The notes beneath the pieces are model-generated. The model had not been told where the DNA came from. It ran no database searches and saw only the letters and a list, made by a program, of their open reading frames with translations. DNA of 64,000 nucleotides from Coleofasciculus sp. B1-GNL1-01 (GTDB lineage Bacteria > Cyanobacteriota > Cyanobacteriia > Cyanobacteriales > Coleofasciculaceae). Made by a program: the position numbers and the translations under genes. The stretch lies in NCBI GenBank assembly GCA_040220235.1, contig JAVJTO010000101.1; one strand, written 5' to 3'. Positions 43,064 through 53,507 of the stretch are shown piece after piece (the stretch's first letter is position 1; every line of letters begins with the position of its first letter).

Positions 43064-44695
43064 ATGTCCGTCGAGCAGCCATCTAACTCTCACCTACAGG
43101 TAAACTATTCTCACCCAACCCATATTACCGCATTAGAACAGGAACTCATTGAACTGCGACGCCAAGTCTCCCGACAGACATTACTCAACCAAATTGTGCA
43201 AGCGATGCGCGGTACACTGGTGTTGGAAGATATTCTCCAAACTACGGTCGATCAGCTCCATGAAACACTTAATGTCAGTCGCTGTTTGATTTTTCGACCG
43301 GATGGTGAGTCGCAAATGACGGCACATCACGTTTCGGAAGCGACCGCCCAACGGGAGAGTATTTTGGGGGTCTACTGTGATTTTTATCGGTATCACCACA
43401 AAGAATTGAGCCAGGGTCAGCCTGTGGTTGTCCCGCAAATTACTCCCAATTTTCCCGATGTGTTAATCGAGGCGGCGCAGGAATGTGAAATTCGCGCTAT
43501 TTTGATTGTGCCATTGCTTTACCAAAATTCCTATATTGGCGGAATTAGTCTACACCAGTGTGATCAGGCACGGGAATGGAACCGAGAGGATATTGAGTTT
43601 GTCCAAGCTATTGCTGATCATTGTGCGATCGCGATTCATCAAGCCCAATTGTATGCTAAGTTACAACGTGAACTGAGAGAACGTCACCAGGTAGAAGAAG
43701 CACTTCGGCAAAGTGAAACCCGCTTCCGCACGGTGCTGAAACATGCCCCCTTGGTGGTGTTTAATCAAGATCAGGAGTTACGCTACACTTGGGCTTACAA
43801 TGTGGTTCCTGATAATGACGTGGATGCTATATTGGGAAAAACTGACAGCGAACTCCTAGCCCCCCAAGAAGCACAACCGTTAATATCCATCAAGCAGCAT
43901 GTATTGACCAGTGGCATAGGAATGCGAGAGGAAGTCTCTCTCACCATTAATGGTGAACTTCGATACTACGATTTGACCGTCGAACCCTTACGCAACTCAA
44001 TCGGAGACATAGAGGGAATTACCTGCGCGGCAATGGATATTAGCGATCGCAAATACATCGAGAATCAGCTTAAGATTTCCTTACAGCAAAAGGAAGTACT
44101 GTTCCAAGAAATTCACCATCGGGTCAAAAATAACCTACAACTTGTCTCTAGCCTGCTTGATCTCCAATCACAGCAAATTGATGACCCTGAGATTTTTGCC
44201 CTCTTCCAAGCCAGCCAGAACCGAATCAAATCAATGGCTCTTATCCATGAGGAACTCTATCAATTTGATCACTTGCAGCGGATCAACTTTCTCAATTATA
44301 TTGAAAACTTTACCTATCACTTGATTCAAACCTATGCCATTCATCCCGAATCTATTTGCCTACAACTTAATATCGACAAAGACTTAAACTTTGATCTGTC
44401 AACTGCAATTTATTGCGGATTAATTCTCAACGAGCTAATTTCTAATGCCTTGAAACATGCCTTTAAATCAAACAGCCACAAAGGTTATATATGGATTGAA
44501 ATTTATTCAAAGAAAAAAGAGAACCAAAAAAATAAATTAATCGTGGGCAATAACAATTCAAGACCCATTGAATTGATCGACTTTAATTCACCCAAAAGCT
44601 TGGGCTTGCAATTAGTCCGCGCTTTAGTGGCACAGCTTAATGGCAAGCTGGAAATAAAGAAAGCTAATAATACAGTCTTTGAAATTGAATTTTAA
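43064..44695 (+). CDS. GAF-PAS-HisKA_2 histidine kinase
   Basis: EIHHRVKNNLQ, NELISNALKHAF, SLGLQLV. Confidence 0.92.
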   Translation: MSVEQPSNSHLQVNYSHPTHITALEQELIELRRQVSRQTLLNQIVQAMRGTLVLEDILQTTVDQLHETLNVSRCLIFRPDGESQMTAHHVSEATAQRESILGVYCDFYRYHHKELSQGQPVVVPQITPNFPDVLIEAAQECEIRAILIVPLLYQNSYIGGISLHQCDQAREWNREDIEFVQAIADHCAIAIHQAQLYAKLQRELRERHQVEEALRQSETRFRTVLKHAPLVVFNQDQELRYTWAYNVVPDNDVDAILGKTDSELLAPQEAQPLISIKQHVLTSGIGMREEVSLTINGELRYYDLTVEPLRNSIGDIEGITCAAMDISDRKYIENQLKISLQQKEVLFQEIHHRVKNNLQLVSSLLDLQSQQIDDPEIFALFQASQNRIKSMALIHEELYQFDHLQRINFLNYIENFTYHLIQTYAIHPESICLQLNIDKDLNFDLSTAIYCGLILNELISNALKHAFKSNSHKGYIWIEIYSKKKENQKNKLIVGNNNSRPIELIDFNSPKSLGLQLVRALVAQLNGKLEIKKANNTVFEIEF

Positions 44696-44790
44696 TCAGA
44701 AAATAGTTAAGATTGAACCATAAAAAAATATTCACAAATACTTAGACGTCCGATACCCCTACCCTCTGATCCTCCTATCCTCCTTTTTGA

Positions 44791-45078
44791 CTATCCACCT
44801 TGTTCGCAAATCTCAAAAGCGTACTCTTGGGTTTCTTGCAGCTCTTGCAATACCGATGTGTCAACCGTCTGAATATCTGACTGACTTGACCTAGCTAATT
44901 TATCCTCAACTTGCTCAAACTGCTGCTGGGCTTCAGCAACAGCTAATTCTGCCTCACTACAAGTCTGCGTGGCTAATGAATCGAATTGATTATTACATCC
45001 AGAGCCGAAAAAAACTAGCAATAATAATCCCGCACTGCACTGAATTTTTTTTGCCGGAATCAGGGGAGAAAATTTCAT
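44791..45078 (-). CDS. Small putative lipoprotein
   Basis: Hydrophobic stretch ending in GSGC. Confidence 0.6.
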   Translation of the reverse strand: MKFSPLIPAKKIQCSAGLLLLVFFGSGCNNQFDSLATQTCSEAELAVAEAQQQFEQVEDKLARSSQSDIQTVDTSVLQELQETQEYAFEICEQGG

Positions 45079-45600
45079 ACCCAGAGAATTAAATTCACTA
45101 GAGCTACATTACTAACTACTCAGATGCATCCAGCTTTCAGGACTATTACTCGGTTTTTCGTATTTCGATTATTTGAAAAAACTAAAAAACTTAATTTGAG
45201 TTAAGCTGTTCGGCATTTAAACCTTAATATCAATAACGGCGAAAGCCTTGTAGTGCGTTTAGCGAAGCCATGCCGCAGGCTTTGCATCTTGCTCGCTACT
45301 AATACCCAATTTAAATGCATGACAGCTTATAATTGACTCGATTTGACCGACAGATTAAAGAATCGATGATAATACCAACAGATTTTATGAATTTCTGATT
45401 TTACTTAATTCAAACTTAACCATAAATTAATTGGCTCTTAGCTAACCTCATTACCAAAACATAAATTCTGCCCACTGTCCTAATAAATGTTAACAAGCAT
45501 CAAATCCTTACTGTTCCCTGTGTCCTTGTCCTCATGCTCAAGTTGAATTTTGTCCGGCAACTTAGAGTAAAATTTGGATGTAACTTTTTGGGGGAAGACA

Positions 45601-46914
45601 GTGGCGTTATCCCGACGTAGTTTTCTGACCTTGGCAGGCGCGAGTGCCGCCGGAGCCTTTATGGTTTCACCCTTGGAAGCCTTTTACGCCAGAGCAACCC
45701 GTGGTCAATCCACAAATGGAGCGGGCTTTGGTTCCCTCGTCCCTGACCCCAGAGGTTTATTGGACTTACCACCCGGATTTACCTATAAAGCCTTCTCAAA
45801 AACTGGGGATATCATGAGCGATGGGAATCCTGTACCCGGTGATCATGATGGAATGGCAGCATTTCCTGGACCCAGAGACACTACAATCCTAGTTCGCAAT
45901 CACGAACTTAGCCCGAATCAAATCAACAAGTTTGGCGTAAAGGCATCAGACTCGCACAAGTACGATCCTTTATGTTTAGGGGGAACAACAACGTTAATTG
46001 TTGACAAGAATGGGAACTTGCAGCAAGACTACGCCTCCTTAGCGGGAACATATCGTAACTGTGCGGGTGGACCAACCCCTTGGGGTTCCTGGATTAGTTG
46101 CGAAGAGAATACCTCAACACCTGCGGGAAACAAACTCGGAGATCCGCTGAATGTCTCAAAAAAGCACGGCTATAACTTTGAAGTTCCAGTTAGAGGTAGG
46201 CTGGTCAAACCTGTACCGCTAGTGGCAATGGGTCGCTTTAACCACGAAGCCGTAGCCGTAGACCCAGTTAGTCGATATATCTACCAAACCGAAGATAGAG
46301 GAGATAGCTGCTTTTATCGCTTCCGTCCCCAACAACCCTATAATCTCAAAGCAGGCGGTATTCTGGAAGCATTGGTGATGAAAGGTATGCCTACAGTCAA
46401 TACCAGCAGGGGTTTTCTGTCGAAGAAAGGTCAGCCTTTAGCTGTGGAATGGGTCAAAATTGAGGATGTTGATCCAGTTGAGGACACGCTACGTCAAGAA
46501 GCTCAAAATAAAGGAGCAGCCATTTTTAACCGGGGTGAAGGAGCATGGTATGGTAATGGCTTGATTTATTTTGTCTGTACAAGTGGCGGTGAAATTGGGC
46601 AAGGTCAAATTTTTGCTTATAATCCTGCTGATGACACGCTGACATTAGTGGTTGAGTCAGAACGCGAAAGCGAACTGGATAATCCAGATAATATTACAGT
46701 GGCACCCTTTGGTGATCTGTTCTTGTGTGAAGATGGGAATGGGGAGCAATTTATTGTCGGTGTAAATGCAGGGGGCAAAATTTATAAGTTTGCTCGTAAC
46801 GCAATTAATACCAGCGAATTTGCCGGAGTTTGCTTTTCCCCAGATGGGAGTAAGTTGTTCCTAAATATCCAAAATCCAGGTATTACCTTTTGTATTCAAG
46901 GGGCGTGGGGTTAA
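45601..46914 (+). CDS. phoX: PhoX-family alkaline phosphatase (DUF839), Tat-exported
   Basis: SRRSFL Tat motif; NCAGGPTPWGSWISCEE, GRFNHEA, DNPDNI; GTG at 45601 chosen as start. Confidence 0.88.
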   Translation: MALSRRSFLTLAGASAAGAFMVSPLEAFYARATRGQSTNGAGFGSLVPDPRGLLDLPPGFTYKAFSKTGDIMSDGNPVPGDHDGMAAFPGPRDTTILVRNHELSPNQINKFGVKASDSHKYDPLCLGGTTTLIVDKNGNLQQDYASLAGTYRNCAGGPTPWGSWISCEENTSTPAGNKLGDPLNVSKKHGYNFEVPVRGRLVKPVPLVAMGRFNHEAVAVDPVSRYIYQTEDRGDSCFYRFRPQQPYNLKAGGILEALVMKGMPTVNTSRGFLSKKGQPLAVEWVKIEDVDPVEDTLRQEAQNKGAAIFNRGEGAWYGNGLIYFVCTSGGEIGQGQIFAYNPADDTLTLVVESERESELDNPDNITVAPFGDLFLCEDGNGEQFIVGVNAGGKIYKFARNAINTSEFAGVCFSPDGSKLFLNIQNPGITFCIQGAWG

Positions 46915-47105
46915 GTAGGTGGGGACAATTAAAGTGAACGGTGGAGATTGTCATTCGTCATTCGTCATTCGTCATTTGTCATTCGTCATTCGTCATTCGT
47001 CATTCGTCAGGAAATAGGGAATAGGGAACAGGGTAAGGTCGAGTTTTGAGCGAACTCCCCCATCTCCCCCATCTCCCTCATCTCCCCCATCTCCCTCAGC
47101 TCCCT

Positions 47106-48110
47106 CTAGAGCCGTTGAAGATTCTTCTGTAACTGTCGTTCTTGTCGCTGAAGTTGCTCAACCAATTCAATTTCTTGCAAACTACCGGGTTTAATATCCG
47201 TCGTTTCCCGGAGTTTTTGGGCAAGTTGGTAACAAAATTGACATCGTTCTAAAATCTGGAGAATCGAAGGGGCAAACTTGGCAAATTGCACTTCATCATC
47301 TTGGGTAAAACCACGAAGATCAATCTTCTTGACTAGATCATCTTCCGGTTGGTAGTTGGACTTTAATTTATTGATTAACTGCACCACTGCGACAAGATCT
47401 TGTTTCTCGTTGAGTAGGGGCCAAGCCAAAATGGTATAGGTGCGGTATCCGGTACGGCGATCCGTCTCCTGCGCCATTTCGGAGCGCGGATCATCATAGA
47501 CATCAAAGGGAATGTTAATCACTTTTAAGGAAAAGGCGGCGAGACTAGCAATTCCTTTGTTAGCCGGAATATCGATCAGCAGACTACCACCGTCTCCATC
47601 CTCGGCAATCAGTGAACCCAATTCTTGTCGTTCTCGATCCAATAAAAAAATACTGGTGCGATCCGCACGAAGCAAATTCCCGACTTTGCGGGTGAGGCGA
47701 CCCAACAGTTGGCAGAGTGTTCTCACCAGTGTTTGTAATGCTTGGTCAACAGCACTCACACCATGGCTGTAGGAGTAAGCCAAGAACTCACCCACTTCAA
47801 TCGGTGAGTCAAAAACTAAATTCTGCTGGCTATCTAAACCAGCTACATCCTGCCAGTCCAATTCTAAGACCTGGCACAGTTCGACAAAATTTAGTCCTTT
47901 AACGGGTTGTCCCTTGAGAAAGTGATTTAGGGTGTCTAACGATAGTCCCAGGGCTTCCGCCAGTTCGCGATCGCGCCCCTGACTCTTATTGCGCCAAGCT
48001 TGTTTGACTTTGAGAATAGACTGGGGATGCACACTAAATGACCGAATCATTGTTCTTCGTGGCATTCCTCTCCCGTTCGATCCAAGATTATCATCGGAAA
48101 ATAATGCCAC
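47106..48110 (-). CDS. HTH + cNMP-type GAF domain protein
   Basis: LAEALGLSLDTL HTH; DRRTGYRT, INK...FT..DE (NKFDE) motif. Confidence 0.8.
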   Translation of the reverse strand: MALFSDDNLGSNGRGMPRRTMIRSFSVHPQSILKVKQAWRNKSQGRDRELAEALGLSLDTLNHFLKGQPVKGLNFVELCQVLELDWQDVAGLDSQQNLVFDSPIEVGEFLAYSYSHGVSAVDQALQTLVRTLCQLLGRLTRKVGNLLRADRTSIFLLDRERQELGSLIAEDGDGGSLLIDIPANKGIASLAAFSLKVINIPFDVYDDPRSEMAQETDRRTGYRTYTILAWPLLNEKQDLVAVVQLINKLKSNYQPEDDLVKKIDLRGFTQDDEVQFAKFAPSILQILERCQFCYQLAQKLRETTDIKPGSLQEIELVEQLQRQERQLQKNLQRL

Positions 48111-48418
48111 GCCTCCATGTAGGTTTACAAATAGGTGACATAACGAAGTCAGCGACTGTGTTTATCGGTTACTTCGATTTAACCAGAGAAGCTGACTGAT
48201 ACCCATCTGAACGGTTGGTCTGATCCTAGATTAAAACGCTGTCTGTTCTTTTTACTACGATTTGTGTAAAATCTTTACGCTTCCAACCAAGGAGCCTATC
48301 AAGGAAAGCCCCTGACTTGCCCAACTCTTGAAGAGCAACGCTGAAGTTAATGGCTACATATACAAATTTTCTGCTATAATTCTGTAAGATTGGATACAAA
48401 AAAATAATACAAAAAAAG

Positions 48419-48660
48419 ACGCTGCTGTTTATTCAGTCCATTCAGCAACGCCCCAGCATTGAGTTTTCTAATCCTATCTATACAAATGGTAGCTAACTGA
48501 ACAGAAACTGTTTGCAGTCACTGTTCCACCCGTTTAACTGTCACACCCGATTGGGCAGAAAAAATAACGTATGAGCCTGTTTCTGTAATTCATGAAACAA
48601 AAAACGCTGCTGTTATTCAGTCCATCCAGCAACGCCTCAGTAATTGAGTTTTCTAATCCT
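48419..48660 (-). repeat. Two ~57-bp direct repeats, each a hairpin followed by a T-rich tract on the minus strand
   Basis: 48419-48475 versus 48604-48660. Confidence 0.75.
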
Positions 48661-48793
48661 GGATATATCCTAACCAAGTCAAGCCGGACTGTTTTCAATC
48701 CGCATTCCACCCCTTGAAGTGTCACATTAGCTAATTCTGGATAACGGAAAATAGGTTATAAAGTTAGCTTATTGTCCCATCATCCGTCAAACG

Positions 48794-51700
48794 TCAATCG
48801 CTCAAGTTAGGATCACTCCCCGCTTCAATCACCCCTTCTGCTTGCAGAGCGATCGCTCTTAATTTTTCCAGTATCTCAGGTTGAGCCGATTGCCACAGCG
48901 ATCGCTGATGCGCCTCCAGTAACCGTTCTGCCATATCTCGCATCGCCCAGGGATTCTTTTGCTGGATAAACTCTTGTACCTTTTCATCCAACAGATAAGC
49001 CTCCGTCACTCCTTGATACATATAATCTGCCACACAATTGGCTGTCGCATCATAAGCAAACAAATAATCCACCGTCGCCGCCATTTCAAACGCCCCTTTA
49101 TATCCGTGGCGCATTACCCCTGCAATCCATTTGGGATTCACCACACGAGAACGATAAACACGGGCAATTTCCTCCTGTAGCCGTCGCACTCTGGGATTTT
49201 CGGGAATCGAATGATCGCCAAAATAGGTTTGCGGGTTTTTACCCGTCAGCGCCCGCACCGAGGCGGTTAATCCCCCTTGAAACTGGTAATAATCGTCAGA
49301 ATCCAGTAAATCATGTTCCCGATTATCCTGATTATGTAACACAACTTGCAATTGTTTGAGCCGTTGTGCAAAGGCTTCCGGCGCCGCAACCCCCTCCTGA
49401 TTTGGGGAAGACGTACCACAGTACGCATAACTACTCCAATTCATATACGCCCGCGCCAAATCCTGTTCATCCTGCCAGTTTTGCGCCTCAATCAATCCCT
49501 GTAACCCCGCGCCATAGGCTCCCGGTTTCGAGCCAAATATCCGATAACGCGATCGCATCTGTGCCTCTTGTTCACTTAATCCCGCTTCACACCAGAACTC
49601 TGTTTCCTGTTTCACTTGCGCCGCCAAGGGATTATCCTCCGGGGATTCATTCAAAGCGGCAACCGCGACCACGGCATTGTAAAATAAATCAATTAGATTA
49701 GGAAAAGCATCGCGAAAAAAGCCCGATATCCGCAGCGTCACATCCACACGCGGACGCCCTAACACCGACAGGGGCAGAATTTCAAAATCCACCACCCGCC
49801 GTGAGGGGCGATCCCAAATCGGTTGCACACCCAACAACGCCAACGCCTGAGCCAGATCATCGCCCCCGGTTCTCATTGCTGACGTTCCCCATACGGATAA
49901 TGCCAGTGTTTTGGGATACTCCCCATTATCCTGGGTATAGCGTTCAATCACCGCTTCCGCCGCCTTCCGTCCCACATCCCACGCCGTTTCTGTGGGAATC
50001 GCCCGGATATCAACGGAGTAAAAATTGCGACCTGTAGGTAAGACCTCCGGGCGTCCTCTTGTCGGCGCACCCGCCGCCCCACTCTCGACATAGCGCCCAT
50101 CTAATCCCTGCAATAAATGAGTGATTTCTTGGCAGGTTTGGGTTAAGGCGGGTAAAAGGCGATCGCGAATCCAGTCTAATTCCTGTTGCGTTCGTTGTCC
50201 GATTCGGGAATTAAATGTAGAGACGTGCCATGGCGCGTCTGTAGGGGCGGGTTTAGGAACATTCTTGTCGCTATTGGTTGTAACGTTTGCCCAAAACCCG
50301 CCCTGACTCAGTGTTGACCCTTCGCCGCCTTCATTGCCATGGTTTTGACCCTTTCCTTCTGCCTTTGATATCAGGGATTCCACCAATTGAGACGCCTGGG
50401 CTTCCAATTGCGCGATCGCTTGTCTCTTACTGTCACCTTCTGGCATCAGGGGATCAAAGTCCCATCCCCAGTCTTGGGCGATCGCCCGAGTTAACCCTAA
50501 GCGCCCCCTTCCCGGATGACGGGCAATTGCCACAGTTAAGTCTCGCAATAGTCGTCCCTGGGGACACTGTCCCAAAATATGCAACCCATCTCGAATTTGA
50601 GCTTCTTTTAATTCACACAGGTAGCTATCGATTTGAGTTAAAAGATTCGCTTTTCCTGCTTCCCCTAAAAGGGCGGGTTTAGTCAAGCTATCCGACATCG
50701 ACATAATGTTATCGGTAAAACCCGCCCCTACAGCCCCTGCTTCCCCCTCTTCCCCATCCTCAAATCCCCAATCTTGGTGCAGGTTTTCTTGGATAATCAA
50801 TTGAGTAATGCGATCGCGGATAGTCGGTAAGCGAGAGGGATCTAAGCTTTGCGCTTCGTAATATTCATCCACTAACCCTTCAAGCTGTTGCAAAGAACCA
50901 TAGAGTTCAGCGCGAGTCATCGGTGGCGTCAAGTGGTCAATAATCACAGCCTGCGATCGCCGTTTCGCTTGCGAGCCTTCCCCTGGATCATTGACAATGA
51001 AGGGGTATAAATGGGGCATTGTCCCTAAAGCGACTTCGGGATAACAGGTTTCAGAGAGTGCCAAACTTTTTCCCGGTAACCATTCCAAATTTCCATGTTT
51101 TCCTACATGTACCATCGCCTGCGCCCCGAATTTCTGTCGCAGCCAATAATAAAAGGCTAAATAAGTGGGTGTTGGTTCTAAATCCGGTGCGTGATAGTTT
51201 AATCCTGGGTCACTATCATAACCCCGCGACGGTTGAATCCCGACAAAAATATTACCCAATTGGATTCCCGGAATGGGAATTGTTGATTGTTGATTGTTGA
51301 TTGTTGATTGTGTAGGGGCGGATTTAGGAACTTCCTTGTCGCTATTAATAGTAACATTTGTGCAAAACCTGTCCTGACTGAGTATTGACCCTTCACTTTC
51401 TTTATCCCAACGATTACAGATTCCTTGTTGTACTGTTAAAGGTAACGTATCAAAATAATCTTGATAATCTTGCCCAGATAACCCCTGTTGTAGAGGACGT
51501 AATTCCCATCCTTCGGGATCATTGGTTACCCCCGTGGTTAAGCGTTGAATCAGTTCATCCCCCGTTTCTGGACAATCCTCTACCTGATACCCCGCCGCTT
51601 GCAACGCCTTGAGAATTTCCACACAGCTTGCAGGGGTATCAAGTCCCACACCATTGGCGAGGCGTCCATCTCGGTTAGGATAATTAGCTAAGATTAGGGC

Positions 51701-52843
51701 AATCCGCCGTTCTGCTGGCGGAGTTTGGCGTAATTTTACCCAATTCGCAGCTAACTGAGTGACAAAATTAATGCGATCGCGCACCGATTCATACACCACG
51801 ACATCTGTTTCCAGCAGCGGATTCCAGGTTTGTACCGCCTTGAATGAAACCGCACGAGTAATAATGCGTCCATCCACTTCTGGCAAGGCAACATTCATTG
51901 CCGTATCTCTTGGGGTTAATCCCTGAAACTGTTCCTGCCATTGTTCCTTTGTCCCGCCACTAAAAATGACTTGCAGTACAGGTACATCCAGACGTTGCCA
52001 TAACTCCAATCCGGGTTGTTCATTATCTATTAATTTAGCAACAGAAAAACTTGTGGTATTCAGTAAAACCTCAATTTCCGCATCATTTTTGGGTTGGAAA
52101 TAGGATAATACTTCCGCTTGTACTTCCGGATCACGTAATGACGAGACAAATACTGGCACAGGATGCAACTGTTGTGCAACTAACGCTTGACAAAGTGCGT
52201 CAATTGGTGATGTATTTCCCGCCAAATAATGAGCGCGATAAAACAGAATCCCCACGTTAGAGTTTGTAGTAAGCGCTTTAGCGCTTGCGTCTCCCCAAGC
52301 ATAAATCCCTACACGCGGCACCGGTTTAGGAGGTAGAGGCTCATAGCTTCCTCCCAAGCACAAATCGGCAACAAATTTCAGGGCGTTGGTACAATTCTCC
52401 ACACCCCCTTCGATGAAATAGCGCCATAGCTGATGAACGGCGGTTAAAGGAATGGTAGAATGACTAATTAAATTGGGATCGGGACGATCATCTCCTGGTA
52501 ATAGGATTAAGTTTGCCCCTGTTTGTTCTACAGTTGTCTGCACCACTTCCAATCCATAAGACCAGTAGGCAGATCCACCCAAAAGCCGGATAATAATAAC
52601 GTCTGCCTGATTTAACACCTGTTCGGTGTAGGTGTCAATCGTTAATTCCTGCTGCAATTGGAGAAGATTAACGGCTCGAATTGCTGGGAAATCTTGGGGT
52701 AAATGAGCCATTGACGCCGCCAAGGTTTGAATATCGGTGTCGGCGGCTGTAATCACAATGATCGGCGCAGGTGTCTGTTCAATAAAAATGACCCCTTCAG
52801 CTTGGGGATTCCATCCTCCCGGTGTCGCAGCAATCCGATGCAT
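48794..52843 (-). CDS. cobN: Cobaltochelatase subunit CobN
   Basis: HVGKHGNLEWLPGK, LPTGRNFYSVD, RPRVDVTLRISGFFRDAFP. Confidence 0.97.
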   Translation of the reverse strand: MHRIAATPGGWNPQAEGVIFIEQTPAPIIVITAADTDIQTLAASMAHLPQDFPAIRAVNLLQLQQELTIDTYTEQVLNQADVIIIRLLGGSAYWSYGLEVVQTTVEQTGANLILLPGDDRPDPNLISHSTIPLTAVHQLWRYFIEGGVENCTNALKFVADLCLGGSYEPLPPKPVPRVGIYAWGDASAKALTTNSNVGILFYRAHYLAGNTSPIDALCQALVAQQLHPVPVFVSSLRDPEVQAEVLSYFQPKNDAEIEVLLNTTSFSVAKLIDNEQPGLELWQRLDVPVLQVIFSGGTKEQWQEQFQGLTPRDTAMNVALPEVDGRIITRAVSFKAVQTWNPLLETDVVVYESVRDRINFVTQLAANWVKLRQTPPAERRIALILANYPNRDGRLANGVGLDTPASCVEILKALQAAGYQVEDCPETGDELIQRLTTGVTNDPEGWELRPLQQGLSGQDYQDYFDTLPLTVQQGICNRWDKESEGSILSQDRFCTNVTINSDKEVPKSAPTQSTINNQQSTIPIPGIQLGNIFVGIQPSRGYDSDPGLNYHAPDLEPTPTYLAFYYWLRQKFGAQAMVHVGKHGNLEWLPGKSLALSETCYPEVALGTMPHLYPFIVNDPGEGSQAKRRSQAVIIDHLTPPMTRAELYGSLQQLEGLVDEYYEAQSLDPSRLPTIRDRITQLIIQENLHQDWGFEDGEEGEAGAVGAGFTDNIMSMSDSLTKPALLGEAGKANLLTQIDSYLCELKEAQIRDGLHILGQCPQGRLLRDLTVAIARHPGRGRLGLTRAIAQDWGWDFDPLMPEGDSKRQAIAQLEAQASQLVESLISKAEGKGQNHGNEGGEGSTLSQGGFWANVTTNSDKNVPKPAPTDAPWHVSTFNSRIGQRTQQELDWIRDRLLPALTQTCQEITHLLQGLDGRYVESGAAGAPTRGRPEVLPTGRNFYSVDIRAIPTETAWDVGRKAAEAVIERYTQDNGEYPKTLALSVWGTSAMRTGGDDLAQALALLGVQPIWDRPSRRVVDFEILPLSVLGRPRVDVTLRISGFFRDAFPNLIDLFYNAVVAVAALNESPEDNPLAAQVKQETEFWCEAGLSEQEAQMRSRYRIFGSKPGAYGAGLQGLIEAQNWQDEQDLARAYMNWSSYAYCGTSSPNQEGVAAPEAFAQRLKQLQVVLHNQDNREHDLLDSDDYYQFQGGLTASVRALTGKNPQTYFGDHSIPENPRVRRLQEEIARVYRSRVVNPKWIAGVMRHGYKGAFEMAATVDYLFAYDATANCVADYMYQGVTEAYLLDEKVQEFIQQKNPWAMRDMAERLLEAHQRSLWQSAQPEILEKLRAIALQAEGVIEAGSDPNLSD

Positions 52844-52888
52844 AGTCTTTTTAGAGGTACTGTGATATTTTAGGCGTATTCATCTAGC

Positions 52889-53359
52889 TTGAGAGTGTAT
52901 TGTATTACATTACCTAACGTTTTAGTTATCGGTGCGGCGAAAGCTGGAACGACAACAGTTTATCAATATCTCAAACAACATCCTCAAGTTTATATGAGTC
53001 CTCGGAAAGAGCCACATTTTTTCTCGAAAAATGGGACGAAGAACTATCCTATCCCTACTTTAGAGGATTATCAAGCTTTATTTCAAGGAGCCTCTGATGA
53101 AATAGCTATTGGTGAAGCCTCGACGAGCTATCTGACTCATTCTAAAGCGGCTGAACGTATACAATGCCACATTCCCAACGCTAAGCTAATTGCCATCTTG
53201 CGTGATCCAGCTTATAGAACGTATTCCTTGTATATTATGCTCTTAATGCTTGGTAAGAGAAAGTTGTCCAGTTATACGCATCAGGAAATACTTGATAATT
53301 TTCATAGCATTGTCAAAAAAGGATCGGGTTTGATAAGAGGAGGATTCTTTACAAAATGA
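52889..53359 (+). pseudogene. Truncated sulfotransferase
   Basis: IGAAKAGTT 5'-PSB, KEPHFF, ILRDP; only 156 aa, C-terminal half missing. Confidence 0.7.
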
Positions 53360-53507
53360 TACCATGATGGATAGAGCATAAAAGGCTAGAAATTTTAATA
53401 AAGATCTTATAAATAAATCGCTATATCTTGGATAGCATCGAATAGAGGCTCAGCTTACACCGAATCAGGGGTGAAGCATTGTCACTTGCTTAAACTAGAC
53501 CAAACTC

